A DNA stretch of 64,000 nt from Phallusia mammillata. Lineage: Eukaryota. The stretch's first letter is position 1, and each line of letters begins with the position of its first letter. A program made the translations under genes and the position numbers. Below the pieces are notes generated by a model, which did not search any database, was not told the DNA's origin, and saw nothing but the letters and a program-made list of their open reading frames with translations. The stretch covers positions 10,168,001-10,232,000 of the forward strand of contig OZ281499.1 in assembly GCA_965637545.1 (NCBI GenBank). Direction: 5' to 3'. Positions 46,911-61,390 of the stretch are shown here, piece by piece.

Positions 46911-49835
46911 ATTTTTGGCCTGTAATAACTCCTCTCGACAAAAGGCTGAGCAAAACAAATCTTGTTGAACGTGCGACTCGCATCTGCTGTGGTGCAACTA
47001 ACCAACGTACATTGATGCCTCGAATGTAAGACTTGTGACTACGTCACTGCGTGGAAGTTTTCTTGCGTTTCAGTCACGAACTATCAATCATACTATCTTT
47101 GCCTAAGCTCCTTTTTCGTGCAGTCACACTGCACTTACCATATGTAATGTTGCCGGTTATTTTTCTTGAAACTTATAGGGTAGACCGAGGATGCTTCTCA
47201 CGGTTTTTTGAACATTGCTAATATTTTTTGTATATGCATCACATGAGTTTAAATGTTAGTTTGTTGTAAAGGGTGATCCCTTGCCGAAAAAGGGTAGAAG
47301 TGTCGCTTGCGAAAGCAAACTAGAAATGCATGTAAAAGTCAAATTCCCAAGGCTCTCAAGTGTCCAATGTTGCCCCGGTACAGGGGGAACATCGGACATA
47401 AGTTGATAGAGTTAAGCGATTAACTCCGTGCTCAATGGCACTCTGTCTGTGCGAGTATCTATGTTCAATAACTGCCAAAACCGATTTGTTCATTTGGTCG
47501 CTTGAAGCATACTCTCCTGTCGCCTTTCTTTTAAAGGTTTTTTATGATCTGAAACTATTATGAGCATACAATATAATACACTTGCTTCAACCGGGCACGT
47601 GGCGACATAAAAAGCAAAAAACATGGCCGCCTGTTTACCTCCTGCACAAAATTAACGTTTGCTTATTTAAGTGTTGCTTCTGAACTACGACGTCCACAAC
47701 GAAAGAATTACCTTCGGCTACCAGCAACCAAATTATACTCTTACAATAAAAAAATAGATATTTCTGGTGAACTAATTTTTATTTTTACTAATCGGTATAC
47801 TGACTACGCATGCTCCCAAACAGTATGCGGCTTTGTAAAGGAAGCATGAAAATTTGTCAAAAATGATATCACAGTGCTCCACCGTGACGTAATGTACCTG
47901 GTCCGAAGTATCCTCGGTCTGCCCTAACTATAAAAGCAATGTGACAGATAAATCAATTTGTTTTGCATCATTTTTGTTTTTTAATATTATGTCACAAACA
48001 TTACCTTATACTTGCATTAGTTAATAGGAAATATTCTATTCATTGTTTTTTTACGTTTCGAAAACAAAATGACGTGATCCTGTTGCAGTTCTAGCCTGAT
48101 CAGTGAAATCATAACTCTAAATTTTGTCAGCTGAAAATTCCGCAGTGTCATTAAAACGTTTTTGGAAAGTTTAAACGCAGCCAACTAACAAACAGCTCGG
48201 TTTCTTGTTTTTCAGATTCAAACATGTTAACATTATTTAATGAAACAAAATGTCTACAAGGTTGGTACAAATCAATGAACAAAACATAATCGGAAAACTC
48301 TTTATAATGAAACAAATTTGTGGCAAAGGTGTTTGCAAAAAATTGACTGATTGCATTAAGCAAAACATCATTTTTTTATTAATTACTTTTACTTAATTTT
48401 ATTTTAAGGCTTAAGGTTTAACCCTTGTGTTGCTGTCAAATCCAATCATGCTGTACAACATCTAAATATTGCAAAGATATATTGAATCAAGACCGCAAAA
48501 TCGAAAAAATTCCACACTATTTAAACCAGCAATGCAGCAGCGTTTACACAATAGGTAAGGCAACAAAACGGCAATACTTTCAGGAGACTTACAGTTAGCA
48601 AGTGATAAGTATAGATTTAATCATTAATTTATTTATTTTTGGCGCTCTTGAGTTGTTTATTAGGTGAAAGTTAAGCATTTCAATTACTGATAAACCTAAA
48701 AAACGTTGATGGTCATACAGTTCTTTAAACCCTCATCATACACTTCAAAACCTTGCTTATGTTCAACCGTTGTCAATAATGATATTGTAACCGAAATTAG
48801 TTAAGTGATCCCGAATTTGGCCTAGGATTTTTGGGAAAGGCGAGATAGTTATATTTTACTAAATAAAGTAAGCTAACCCAACCCTAACCACGATTATAGC
48901 AGAATCACCGCCTCTAACTTGGTAAATACCAGGTCACCCTGCACTAACGGCTTACCACTAAAGCCGAAGTTGAGATGGTTACACCGAACAGGGGCTGAAA
49001 CACATACGACAACATCAGACTACGACAGAGCGCCTTTCAATGTTCCAATGTAATACAAGATCACAACGCTACCACGTTTTTCCACCGCATTCACAAAACT
49101 GCGAACAGCACGAGGCCCAAGAGAGAACTGCTTTAAATCGAAAACGAAACATGGCAGTCCCAAAGTCACGTGATCTTAGCGTCCAATTACAATACACAAG
49201 CGCGACAAGTCGAACTCAAAATCATTTATGCGAGACAGCAGTGGATTAGGAAAGAGAATGAAGCGGAACATAATAACGTGTTTACAAATATCTTTTTTTG
49301 CTTGAATGAGTTTCATTTCATCGAAGCCGGATGTAAACCACTTAGTACTTGTGATGCTAAAACAACTAACCATAAAACACCGTAATTTCCTACGGTTTGT
49401 AATAACACAGCATGTTTATTGTAACAACAAGGATGCAACTGGCTGAAGGTTGGTGCGATTGAACATAGCTAATATGAAACTGCAAATTACTCTTTTAGTT
49501 GTGTTTGAAGCTTTTGTTTAATTCCATGAAACGGCTTATTCGAGTGACAAGAAAATGTGGGTTCATCTATTGAACTGAGCAATAAAAATGACGAAATTCT
49601 ACAGAAAGTAAACTGAAATGCAGATATGCAGAAACGTAGGAAGTAATATTTGAACAAACAAACAGATTGAACACAATACGTTTTTAGCAATGGCTAATGA
49701 TATGTTATGTAAAAGAACTAAATTTGTGTTAACATTCGACAATACGAATTTTGCAGCTTTTCTACGCATGTTTTACTGGCTAATAAATGCAATAAAAATG
49801 ATTACTAATTAATGCACATAACATATGGCGAAAAT

Positions 49836-52800
49836 TTAACGATAAAAAAGCAGAAGCGTTGACGTCAAATCAGTGACGTCACCCCCTGTCGTAGAATTGG
49901 CCCGCTTTTCTTTATGAGCTGCAAGTTGGTCCCAAGCTGTCAAATCATGATAATTCTTGTTATTTTAGATCAAACCGTTTTAGTAGTTAGCTCCGGAGAC
50001 TGATTTGTAAAAAAAAAACGAAGACTAGCCAATTAGCGAAACAAAAAAAAAACTCCTGTTAAATTTAATGTCTTATAATTAAAGTAAGTTATATCTGTAA
50101 TGTTGGGATGAGCATTTGTATTGATCTATTTGATTCACAATGTCGTTTATTTAAACTAGCCCAAGTGGCCAAATAAAACTGTCCAAAATATTTGATGTAA
50201 GTCAGAGGTTACAGCTAATCGGTACGTACCTGAAAAGTCACCACATCTCCGCCTGTAGGAATACAAGCTACCAGTTGTCAATCCGCCAATACAATGCAGG
50301 GAAGGGTCTGCATTGCCATCCAACCTTAAATAAATCAGAATTGAGAATTGACATCGTCTTAGTGTTTGATTGATAATTAACTTTTTCTTGTGTTTGAATG
50401 GAAATAGAATCAGTAAGTTTTTTATAGCTTTGTAACGCACCTGATTCCTGGACATATAGGATAAGGATACCCGGAACTGCCGTATTTTCGGAACTCAATG
50501 AAACCAGGTGTTATATCCGATGCGTAAAAGTCCATGTTTCCTTTGATAAAACTAGCAGGAACCGACAGACTGGGAAGGTTCTGATATTGAATTGTTTGGA
50601 AGTCATCTGTTGGTAAAAGAGTTGTAAAGCAGTGTTCTGTTATATTTTAACTCAGACATTACATAAATCCTTACCAAAGCAGCTCGGGATATTATCAAGA
50701 ATCTGAGTCCAGTCGTAACGGCCAGGGGTTGAGTCATATTTTCTAAAATAACAAAGTTTTTTTCTGCTAAATTGTTTTGTTTTTTCGGATTGAAACAAAT
50801 TTACCTTTGAAATACTGTATAACCGACTAAGGTGGCCTGTTTCAAGTGAGCTGTTCGTGCTTCAATATGTGTTTCGTTGTTTACTAGGTAAAAACTCGTC
50901 GTTTGGGAAAAGCTAGAAGTAACCTGACCTCCCCATTTCTTAAAAAAAAATAATAATTTGCTAGTTCACTCTCGTTAGCATTGTGACAGATTTTTGTACG
51001 TTTTATTTTTGGCATTTTATCTAATTTTTTAGCACACCATAGCTGAATTAAACAACCAAATTAGCCATTTTGTTAGCCTTATCCTACCGATGCACCTAAA
51101 AGAGTGTTTTGAACTCCTAATAAAGTTGACTTAGAAAAAAGATTCAATAGTTACTTACTTTGGAATTGGTAATGGTGAAAAGAACTTTACAGTGCGAGTC
51201 ACCACACTGTGCTCCATATCTTATGTAATATTCATTCTGTGATGTTGAGCTCCGCCTAAACCTCATATTTCTACCAAATGTTCCCCAATCAACCTTCAAA
51301 AAAAAAAACTTTGTAAAAAATGAAATCAAGCTACACATGCTTTGTGTTACAATTTTGATCCTCAGCAAAGGCTTTTATCAGATAATTAGGTACCTATACA
51401 GAACATAGTAAGCGATGTATAAATACGGTATGTTAAACCAAAGACCTGCATCAATGCCAAATGAAATAACTTGCCGAAGTATACATAGATGAATATTCCC
51501 TTGATAGTAAATTTTAGAGGCCAACTATAACTGTTACGTCTTTTTTCGGTTCTGCTTTAATAACGGGCTGTCAGTACCCAAAATAACACTTGTTTTTATA
51601 AAGATAAAAGAGTAAAACGATAAAAGCAGCGCAGATACACAATCGCGACAGAACCACAACTCCAACTCCAACTGCGGGCTTCTCAGTCGCGTGGGGCGTC
51701 CCCTCGACAATTCGTTACAGCGAACACGACATAGAAGTATGTTATAACGGCATATATAGGTGACAAAAATAAAAACGTAACATACCTTCACATTTACATT
51801 GCCTGCAGTATATGGTTTTGGAATCCAAACCATTGTGGTTGTAACTCTGGATGTTTTTCTCATTGCTACTTCAATCGGCTTAGCGCCTGTGACACTGCAA
51901 AATAACAACAACTTCATATTTAACAACGTTAGTTAAAAATGTGAATACCTTTCAGCGCATCCGGTCTAATTCGAAAGGGAAAAGTTTACCCGAGACAATG
52001 TAATAAACAAATTTTAACCAACCTGAAATTTCCCGTTCTGTTAATGCTTATTTCTGTTTGTGCATTGAATTTGATTGTCATCTGTACGAAATTAAGATTG
52101 CGTTATGTGATCGAATTACGATTTGTGCATGAAATAAAGAACCCACGTTGTCGCTTCGTGTGATTCGCACAGGATTTACTCGTTCAGATCGTTGAAACGA
52201 CCAGCGCCAAATATCACTCCATTCAGTTTTCTGCACACACCCTATCGCTTTCTCGGCCATACCTAAACAACAGATTTAATTATTGAACTGGGAGAAATCT
52301 ATTTTAAGAAAACCCTTTTCTTGACTTGTTGGGCTGTATCGTGTCATAGGAAAGTGTTGCGTAAACAAAGTTTGAAGATTCGATCCATATTTCTGAAGAA
52401 ATCCGTTTGTTGTATGATATTTGAAGAATGCGCCACTCGAAATTACTGGCAAACCAAGATCGTTTGGAACGTGCCAAATCATCATGTCTGAGGCCTGCAA
52501 AACCAGTTATTTAAAATGTTTACGTGCCAACCATTGCTCATGCAAATGTCACGACAGGCTTCAAAAAGGTTAAAAAAACTTTTAAAATGGTTTATTTGAA
52601 CTTACATTGAGAGCGTACAAAGCTTTGCTTTTGTAGTCCTCTCCGGTTACATCTTCCAAATCGCCAAACGATTTCATGTTAAACCAGTTGTCATATGCTG
52701 TAAAATGCTACAAAACGTAAACCAAAAATTGAAAAAAAACGTATAATTTACAAACTGACCGGAAGCCGACGATTCCTTTGACCACTTGTCTTGGGAATCG

Positions 52801-53512
52801 CAGCTACTACTGATGTCATCTTCGTGAACTGAAGCCACCAACGTCCAACCACCACCACCGGACGACATGTCGCAAAATACCTAATACTTATGTTTAGCTC
52901 GACTGAGGCGAAATAACAATCAAATTTTTGTACCTGAAACTCGGAAGTGTAGTCATTGGGTTTAATAGTGAGAAGACCTGTGATGTTGTAGCCTTGACTT
53001 AAAGCGTCTTTGCAGTCCTTAAATATTGGCTTGCTGCAAAATCCGGATTTCACTGGCTGTTGAACTACAAAATGTATAGGTCATTAAAGTCACGGTTAAT
53101 GAAAATGTCACTTCAGACCCTTGCTTTACCTCGCATACTCGTCATCGCCTTTGATTTTGGTCTTGGTGTTTCCATCTAATATTAAACAAATATACTTTGA
53201 AAGTCGATCTAATATTTACACCTTTGAAAAAATATTAGTTTTTGTATTGATAATTGTTTATCTTAGCACAACTTACCGTTTTATTCAAACAAAAACTAAA
53301 ATTACCATTTGAATTCCGAATCCAACACTTATGGCAATCACAAGAACTGTCAGCAGCAAAATGATCAGAAGAAGTGAAAAAATGCCCGACTCGCGCGAAC
53401 TGCCCCTTCCAGAGCTGCGTGCTGAAATTAACAGTAATCGTGAAAAAGTATCAGATTATATGACCGCAACAATGATACCTGTACGATGTTCGCCTCTTCC
53501 GTTTTCAAACAT
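49836..53512 (-). CDS. Copy G: intelectin-like gene with insert, 16 exons, apparently intact
   Basis: Starts MFENGRGEHRTARSSGRGSSRESGIFSLLLIILLLTVLVIAISVGFGIQM. Close paralog of F; all exons in phase; ends LLFYR*. Confidence 0.8.
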
Positions 53513-55412
53513 CTTTTTCGCCTGTAATAATTCCTTTCGACAAAAGACTGAGCAAAGCAAATTCTGTTGAACGTGCGACTCACGCCTCTGGTGCAACTAA
53601 CCAACGTACGCTGAAGTCTTGACTGTAGGACTCGTGACTACTTCATTGCGTGGAAATTTTCTTGCGTTTTAGTCACGAACTATCAATCATCCTGTCTGTG
53701 CCGAAGCTCCCTTTTTTATGCAGTCACGCTGCACTTATCATTGTTAATGCTACAGAATATTTTTCTTAAAATTTAAAACTATGAAAGTGTGAAGCTACAA
53801 CAAGTAGGTAGTTTGGATTTTTATTTATTTTGGCCTATTTATTTCATAAACATTGCTTTATACTTCCATAAAGAATTCGGAAACTTATTTGACGAATCCG
53901 ATTTTTGACGTTTTTTTAACATTTCGAAAACAAAATGACGTGATCTAGTTGTTGTTCCAGCCTGATCAATGGAAATATGACTCGCATTCCAATTTCGTTT
54001 CCGCTAAAAAATTTCCGCAGTGTCATTAAACGTTTTCGATCTTAAAAATTAACGCGGCCAAAAACAATCAGCTCGGTTTCTTGTTTTTCAGATTCAAATT
54101 TGTAAACATTGTTTGATGAAACAAAATGATTGCAAGTTTGGTGCAAATTTCTTATGAACAAAACATATTCACTTTTCACAAAACACTTTGAAGTTTTTTG
54201 GCAAAGGTGTTTGTATAAGTATATTTTTTCAATTCGCATAATTACAAACCATCATTTGTCATCACCAAGAGTGGAGGTACCTTTGTAAATACGATACTTT
54301 TAATCTTATTTTTAAATAAAAATGACTGTTCGCATCCATTTATTAATTACTTTTACGTAATTATAATCTACGTTTAAGGTTTAATACATGTATTGTTGTC
54401 AAATTTGATGTTCTAAATGTATATCTACGGTTTCTGTGATTCTGCCACGGCGCTCACAACTGCTAGTAGTTTAATGCAAAGTCATGACATTTTTAGGTTA
54501 TTTGCCTTGTTCGATATCGCCTCACAAACCCTTCTTTGGCTTACTGGCGACGGTTAAGTTTGTGGCGAATCCTTTTAAATCAATGACTTAGGTGACCTAC
54601 ATACACCTTGGGTTTAAACATATATGTTTTAGCAAAACAATAATAATCAGATCAACTCAGTTTATGACTGATTCCTTAATGATATTATTTACTTAGAAAT
54701 ATGCTAACAATGCTTTCTTGACAGTAGATCATACAAGATACGTCGAGATGTGGATTGAAAGCCTACTGTCGCAAAATTTAGGCCCAAAGTTTGCTACGTA
54801 AGAAAAACAAAATCGAAACTCTGTCAGTGGAATTTTCACTGCGTTAAAAATCAGTTGGCAAAAGTCTGAATGATTCTGCGTAATTTCAAGGTGAAACGAA
54901 ACTCTGTTGTCAGTCATGATTTACTGTCATGATTATGTGGTTAGAGCTATCGGTCTGGGAGCAAAAACCGAACAACGAGACTAAAATTGTGATTTTCCTT
55001 GATCAAAAAACAATAGGAAGTTTGGAGTTTATTATTTGCATTCATAACTTTGTTTTTACACCACGTTTTAATCTACAATCAAATGAAATAACGTTGATCT
55101 TTACATTCACAAAAATTAATCGGTTTCAATTTTCTAAATGAAGTTGGTATTGGCCTTAAACATGCTGTCGGATATTGCACCACTACAGTGAAGAGTGAAA
55201 ATAGCGCAACGATAGGATGATTGATTGTTCGTGACTGAAACGCAAAAAAACTGCCACGAAATGACGTCGTTATCGAACTTATAGTCGGAAAATCAATGCA
55301 CGTTGGTTAGTTGCTCCACAGAGGCTATAATTGCACGTCAACCAAAAACATTCGAGAGTTTTGAGACGAAGACGTTTGACATTTCAGAGCAACATTTTTA
55401 AAGTGCAAAGAG

Positions 55413-58400
55413 ATGTATGGCAACGGCACAGGTAAACAGTGTACATGTACATTTGTTGAGGAATGCTATTACAATAAAATCAATTTTTTTATCAATTCCT
55501 GTCATTTTATTTTAGCACGTAACTCAGGGGGAAAGAGTAGTTCACGAGAGTCAGGCATCTTTGCACAACTTCTGATCATTCTACTGCTGACAGTTCTTGT
55601 GGTTGCCATCAGCGTTGGATTCGGTATTCAAATAGTATGTATAAAACGTGACAATTATATTACGCTTGACTCAGTAAAATTAGTTATTGTGTAATGCTAG
55701 ATGGAAACACCAGGAGCAGCACCAAAACAAACGGCCAATGTTGGGGGTAAATTCATTTTGTGATATCGTTTTGTTATTGGTTTTAACTGTGTGACCATTT
55801 TTTCAGATCCAGTTGATCAGTCATTGAAATCCGGTACTTGTAGCCAACCAGCATTTAAAGATTGCAAACACGCTCTACACCAGGGCTACAACACCTCAGG
55901 CCTTCTCTCCATTAAACCCAATGACTACACATCCGAATTTCAGGTAACGTTTTTGAAACAACAGATAAACTGTCCTAGACAAAAATCGCCTAAAACCACG
56001 TGCCTTCTTGCAAACAATTGCAGTTGCGTATAATTAACTGAAGCTTTCAGTATACTTGTATCAGTCTGCGTTTTGTTTATGAAATGGTAAGTTATGAAAC
56101 ACAAAATTCAATTTTGCCACTATAATTGCACCCTCAGTGCCTACAAATAAGTTCTCATGAACATAAATTTTTATGTTTTATTGCATTGCATAACTAACAA
56201 CGCAGACTTATTCAAGTATACTAAAAGCCTTAGTTGATTCGAATTTTGGTAGCCGACTATTTGTTACCAGGTATATTGCGACATGTCGTCTGATGGCGGT
56301 GGTTGGACGTTGGCGGCTTCAATTCACGAAGATTCTATAACTGGAAACTGCGATTTCGGGGACATGTGGTCAAAGACCTCTTCGTCGGCTTCTGGTTGGT
56401 TTTCGAACGTATTTCTGTCAAAAATATAGTGTTTGTTACATATAACTTATTACAGCATTTGACAACTGGTTCAATCTGAAATCATTTGGCAAACTTGAAG
56501 ATGTAACTGGACAAGACTATAAAAGCAAAGCTATGTACGCTCTCAATGTAAGTTTGTTGTAATTATGTAGTCACAATGCAGTTTTTTGGACAAAACAAAT
56601 ATCTTTGTCGAGTCCATACTAATGACCAAAATATTTCGTCAATAACGTAATGGGTTGTAGTAATAACATTTTGTCGGTTCACAGGCTTCAGACTTGATGA
56701 TATGGCACGTTCCAAACGATCTTGCTTTGCCAGCAATTTCGAGTGGCGCATTCTTTAAATATCACACAACAAACGGTTTTCTTCAGAAATATGGATCGAA
56801 TCTTCAAACTTTGTTTACGCAGTACTTTCTTATGACACGACAGAGTCCGCAAGGTCGGAGTATCCTTTCATTGCTTTTAGTATTTAAGCCATGTAATACT
56901 TTATTTATTTAGATGTGGCCGGAAAAGTGATAGGATGTGTGCAAAAAAATAATTGGGGAGGACTATGGCGTTATTCGTGGGATCGTATTAACCCGATCGG
57001 CCTAGCTCGAGTAAAACAACATGACAAAGTGCGTTGCTTTTTTTAGTGATCAATCTTTAGTTTGCAGTATAACACAATCTTAAGTTGTTACAGATGACAA
57101 TTCAATTCAACACACAAAAGACGATCAGTATTACCAATGCAGGATTCTACAAGTGAGTTAAACTTCCTTCCTCATGTCTCTCGCATAATAATAATTTTTG
57201 TTTTCATGGATATAAGACTTATATATTATAAGCAGGGTTGCCATACCGTCCTTATTTCTAAGATTTGTCCTTATTTTTAAGGGCAATGTCTTAGAAAAAT
57301 GTATTGTCCTTATTTCAAAGAAATGTCCTTCCTTTTGACTTACGTCCTTATTTTGTCTTATTTTCAACAATTACAAGTCCAATCCCTGCCACAAGTAAAA
57401 GTATACCTAGACCTGAGCAGTCGTGAGATGCACAAAGTATTTTCTACAAACAAGGAGTTGCTGGAACAGATTGTTCCTGGGCAAAAAATATGACATGCGA
57501 TATGAACGCGAAAAATTATTTAAAAACTTTTGTTTCGTTTCGAATGGACACTTATTTTTTCCGTTGTCCTTATTTTCGACTCCGTGTCGATGGCAACCCT
57601 GATTATAAGTAATAAAGATTACGAACTCAATCACAATACGCGATGGCGCCTTTAATGGGTACTGTGGTACTGTGGTTTTATATGAGTGTGCCGTGATCGC
57701 TGGTCTGCATAGACGCTTCAGGGCTGATCACAGTTACGAATTTATGTTAATTGTAACAGATAACGAACTATTAATGATAAAGTATTGTTGTAGTGTTTCG
57801 GGCAGTAAGCCGATCGAAGTGGCCATGCGAAAAACCTCAACAGCTGCAACTACCTTGGTATGGATTCCATTGCCATACGTGAAGATCGATGTTGATGTGA
57901 AGGTACGTTTGTCATTAATATTCAGGTAAATGACCACATATTTAAGTTGAACTGAAGCAAGGACGTGTCATTAGCTTTTTATATTCTGTAATCCGTGACT
58001 TGTTTGTAGCCGCATTGCGTGGTTAGCTGGTTTGAATTTCGGAGCGTAATTGTTTTTTGCAGGTTGATTGGGGAACATTTGGCAAAAACCCAAGGTTTAG
58101 GTGGAGTTCAACAACATACCGCGATTACAGCATCAGATTTGGAGCCCAGTGTGGTGGCTCATATTGCAAAGTTCTTTTCACTGTCACCAATTCCCAAGTG
58201 AGCATAACTTTTTTTTAATCTGTGTTTTGTGGCAATCATTCCTCTTTCTCTATTATCAGTTGTGGTTGCTTATCTAACCTTTATTTGCTTCTATTTAACT
58301 TGTTTTTGTTATTAAGGACTGGGGACAAATATCCTCCACCAATTCCCAAGCAACCAACTTTTACCGATCAAAAAACCGAACAGAAGTCCGAGCTGAAATA

Positions 58401-59663
58401 CGAAATATGAATCGGGCCACTTTAGTTGGATATACTGTATTTCAACGGTAAATTCGATTAATTTGATTGAAATTATGCACTATGACTTTAACGGTCTGTC
58501 AAAAAACTTTGTTCACATAGAAAATATAGAAATGTTCGAAGTAGCTCTACCTGGAAAACTGTTCTGGACAATATGCCGAGCTGCTTTGGTAGGTGTTTAT
58601 TGTAGCTAGATTACAAACAAGAACATAGTAATTACCCTTTTCTCTCAGATGATACTGAATTAACGCAATATGGAGACCTTCCAAGTTTGTCTGTTCCTGC
58701 TACCTTTATCAAAGGAAGCATGGATTACTACGATTCGGATATTGTTCCTGGTTTCATTCAATTCAGGAAATACGGCAGTTCCGGAAATCCTTATCCAATA
58801 TGTCCAGGAATTAAGTGCGTATTAAACATTAGAAAATTACCGTGGCCTAATTCTAATAGTAACTTTGCATTAAAGACAACCAAGTATTTTAGATGTTGTC
58901 GACACACGAATCATGTTTACTTTTCTGTAGATTAGAAACCAATGCTGATCCATCCCTGCATTGTATTGGTGGAATAGAAAGTGGTTCAGCGTATTCCTCC
59001 AAACGGAGATGTGGTGATTTTTCTGGTAAGTGTCGGTTGGTCCCAAGCTGTATACCGAGTACATAAAAATAGTGTTGTACTGAGATGTGTATCACTGGCT
59101 AGTTTATCTGCCATGGCCAAGGTTCAGGCGCGCGCACACACATGCTGAAAAATGTCATCTCCACGTGATAGCGAAAAAAATATACGTAACCTGGCGGAAC
59201 TTTTCCCGATTTTGTGCTGTCCGAAGCAAATATTGGCAAATAGTTGCCCCTATTCTTATGGTGTAAGCCGGCCTTCGGTATCGAACGTTGGTATCGAAAA
59301 CTGAGGTAAAATATTTCTATACCGAGTACGACTAGGCTCTCGATTCTTGATATATTGCAACCGAGACTGTGCAAAAAGCAAATCTTGTAGCCATCATTGT
59401 TTTGTATCATTCGTTAATCAGCAGTTATTACTGTGCAAAAGCTGGTTAACTTCTAGGCGGATTGTATCGGATTACTTGATAAGTAGCGACTTATTTTTTA
59501 GGTATTAGTTAGGATATTAACCAATCAGTATGCATCTAGATTAAATAATTCTTTATAACCAGATTGGGACCAACTTGCAGCTCACAAAATAAAGAGGGCC
59601 AACTCTACGACAGGGGATGACGTCACTGATTTGACGTCAACGATTCTGCTTTTTTATCGTTAA
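55413..59663 (+). CDS. Copy H: intelectin-like gene with insert, 16 exons, apparently intact
   Basis: Starts MYGNGTARNSGGKSSSRESGIFAQLLIILLLTVLVVAISVGFGIQI. Extra intron at 56854-56912. Ends DWDQLAAHKIKRANSTTGDDVTDLTSTILLFYR*. Confidence 0.85.
57233..57601. mobile_element. hAT-type MITE in copy H, absent from copy I
   Basis: TIRs cagggttgccat / atggcaaccctg. 8-bp TSD attataag. Internal gtccttattt repeats. Uninterrupted site near 63250-63270 in I. Confidence 0.85.
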
Positions 59664-61390
59664 ATCTAAGTTAATCAGATAAGCAGTTTGTCACTTGAAG
59701 CAACCTTTGTTTATATTCATAAACAAGTCTATACATTTTGAAAAAATGCCTTTTTTACAAATTTGATAAAAATTGACCACAAATATTGAAACTTTGTAAA
59801 TTTCATTATTATTATTTTTATGTTTTCTTTTGTGTTAACACTTTTCACCATGTTTCTAGGTGTGTAACTATTTATTGAATTTCTTATATCAGCACGAATT
59901 TGTAAAACCTAATGTCAATACATGAATTATTTATTGGTTATTTTTAAAAGCTGACCTATCTATTTGTTTTTGGTAAATTTACTCAACGCCTGACAATAAT
60001 GTCTCATAACACAATCAATGGGATGCGACACAGTGACCTAAAATTCTAACGTAATGCATCGATCTATTGTGACATTTCTGGAGCATGTTCGTTAACATCG
60101 CAGCGTTATGTAAATGGTGTGTCACTTTAACTTCACCGGACATGTTAAAGGTATTGTGCTGAAGTTTATTGTTTGCAATCTTCAGCAACTTAAAAAAATT
60201 GTTATTGTGTAATAGTTTTTTTTTGCTATCTCTATTTCGTTCAAACAGTATTTGTTTTGACAACAATATAAGAGGTACTGTACTTCAGATTATACCATGC
60301 ATTTCTTCTATTTTCCCTATTACACCCACAAGACTTTTGTAAGACGTCAGTAGTGTACAACTTTGTTTATAAGGAGCTATTTTTGCACCAAGAGGGCGGA
60401 TGTGCTTTGAATCAGCTACCACAGTAAGTGGGCCAGAGTTCTTCAAACAATATGTGTAGTGGTAAATGCGTTACCACCGATTTGTTAGGTCGTAGCTTAA
60501 AAACAACACATATGATTTAGCACAAAACCTATAACCAGATCAACTCAGTTTAAGATTGGTCCCTTGCTGATAGCATTTATTTAGAAATATGCAAACAATG
60601 CTTTGTTAACAGTAGATCATACAAGATACGCCATCAAGATGTCATTTAATAACCAACTATCGCAAAATTTAGGTCCAAAGTTTGCCAATTAAGAAAAATG
60701 AATCGAAACTCTGTCAGTGGAAAGTTGACTGCGTTAAAAATAAGTTGGCAAAAGTCTGAATGATTCTGCGTAATTTCCAACTGAAACGAAACACTTTTGC
60801 CCGTCATGATTTACTGTCATGATTACGTGGTTAGAGCCATCGGTCTGGGAGCAACAAATAAACGACGGGAGTAAAATTGTGATTTTCCTTGCTTAAAAAA
60901 TGATAAAGGAAGTATTAAATGATAACGGAAGCGGGTTTACTATTTGCGTTTATAATTTTGTTTTTACACTACATTTTCATCAACAATCAAATGAAATAAA
61001 GTTAATTTTTAACTTAAAAAAAAATTTCATTTTCTTAAATTACCAAAACATATTGCGTGCACACAAAAATATAACTTACATAAAAAAAAGAATTTCCTAG
61101 GTGAACTTGGTCAGATTAAAATTGGTGTTGGTCTGATACATGCTGTCGGACATTGCACCACTAAAGTGAAGAGTGAAAACAGCTCAATGAGAGGATGATT
61201 GATTGTTCGTGACTGAAACGCAAGAAAACTGCCACGAAATGACGTCGTTATCAAATTTATAGTCGGAAAATCAATGTACGTTGGTTAGTTGCTCCACAGA
61301 GGCTGTAGTTGCACGTCAACCAAAAACATTCGAGAGTTTTGAGACGAAGACGTTTGACATTTGAAAGCAACGTTTTTCAAGTACAAAGAG

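Larger units (their letters stand above)
41950..54350 (-). repeat. Tandem segmental duplication carrying copies F and G (units ~41950-48400 and ~48600-54350)
   Basis: Non-coding 3-prime flanks (42290-42960 vs 49290-49960) and 5-prime flanks (48050-48350 vs 53920-54230) are visibly homologous, as are the introns. Boundaries approximate. Confidence 0.75.

Noticed and set aside
47168-47420. Possible MITE upstream of copy F (also 48780-49230 and 59100-59500)
   Set aside because: These segments are absent from the sister duplicates, but I could not define TIRs or TSDs, so they were not called.
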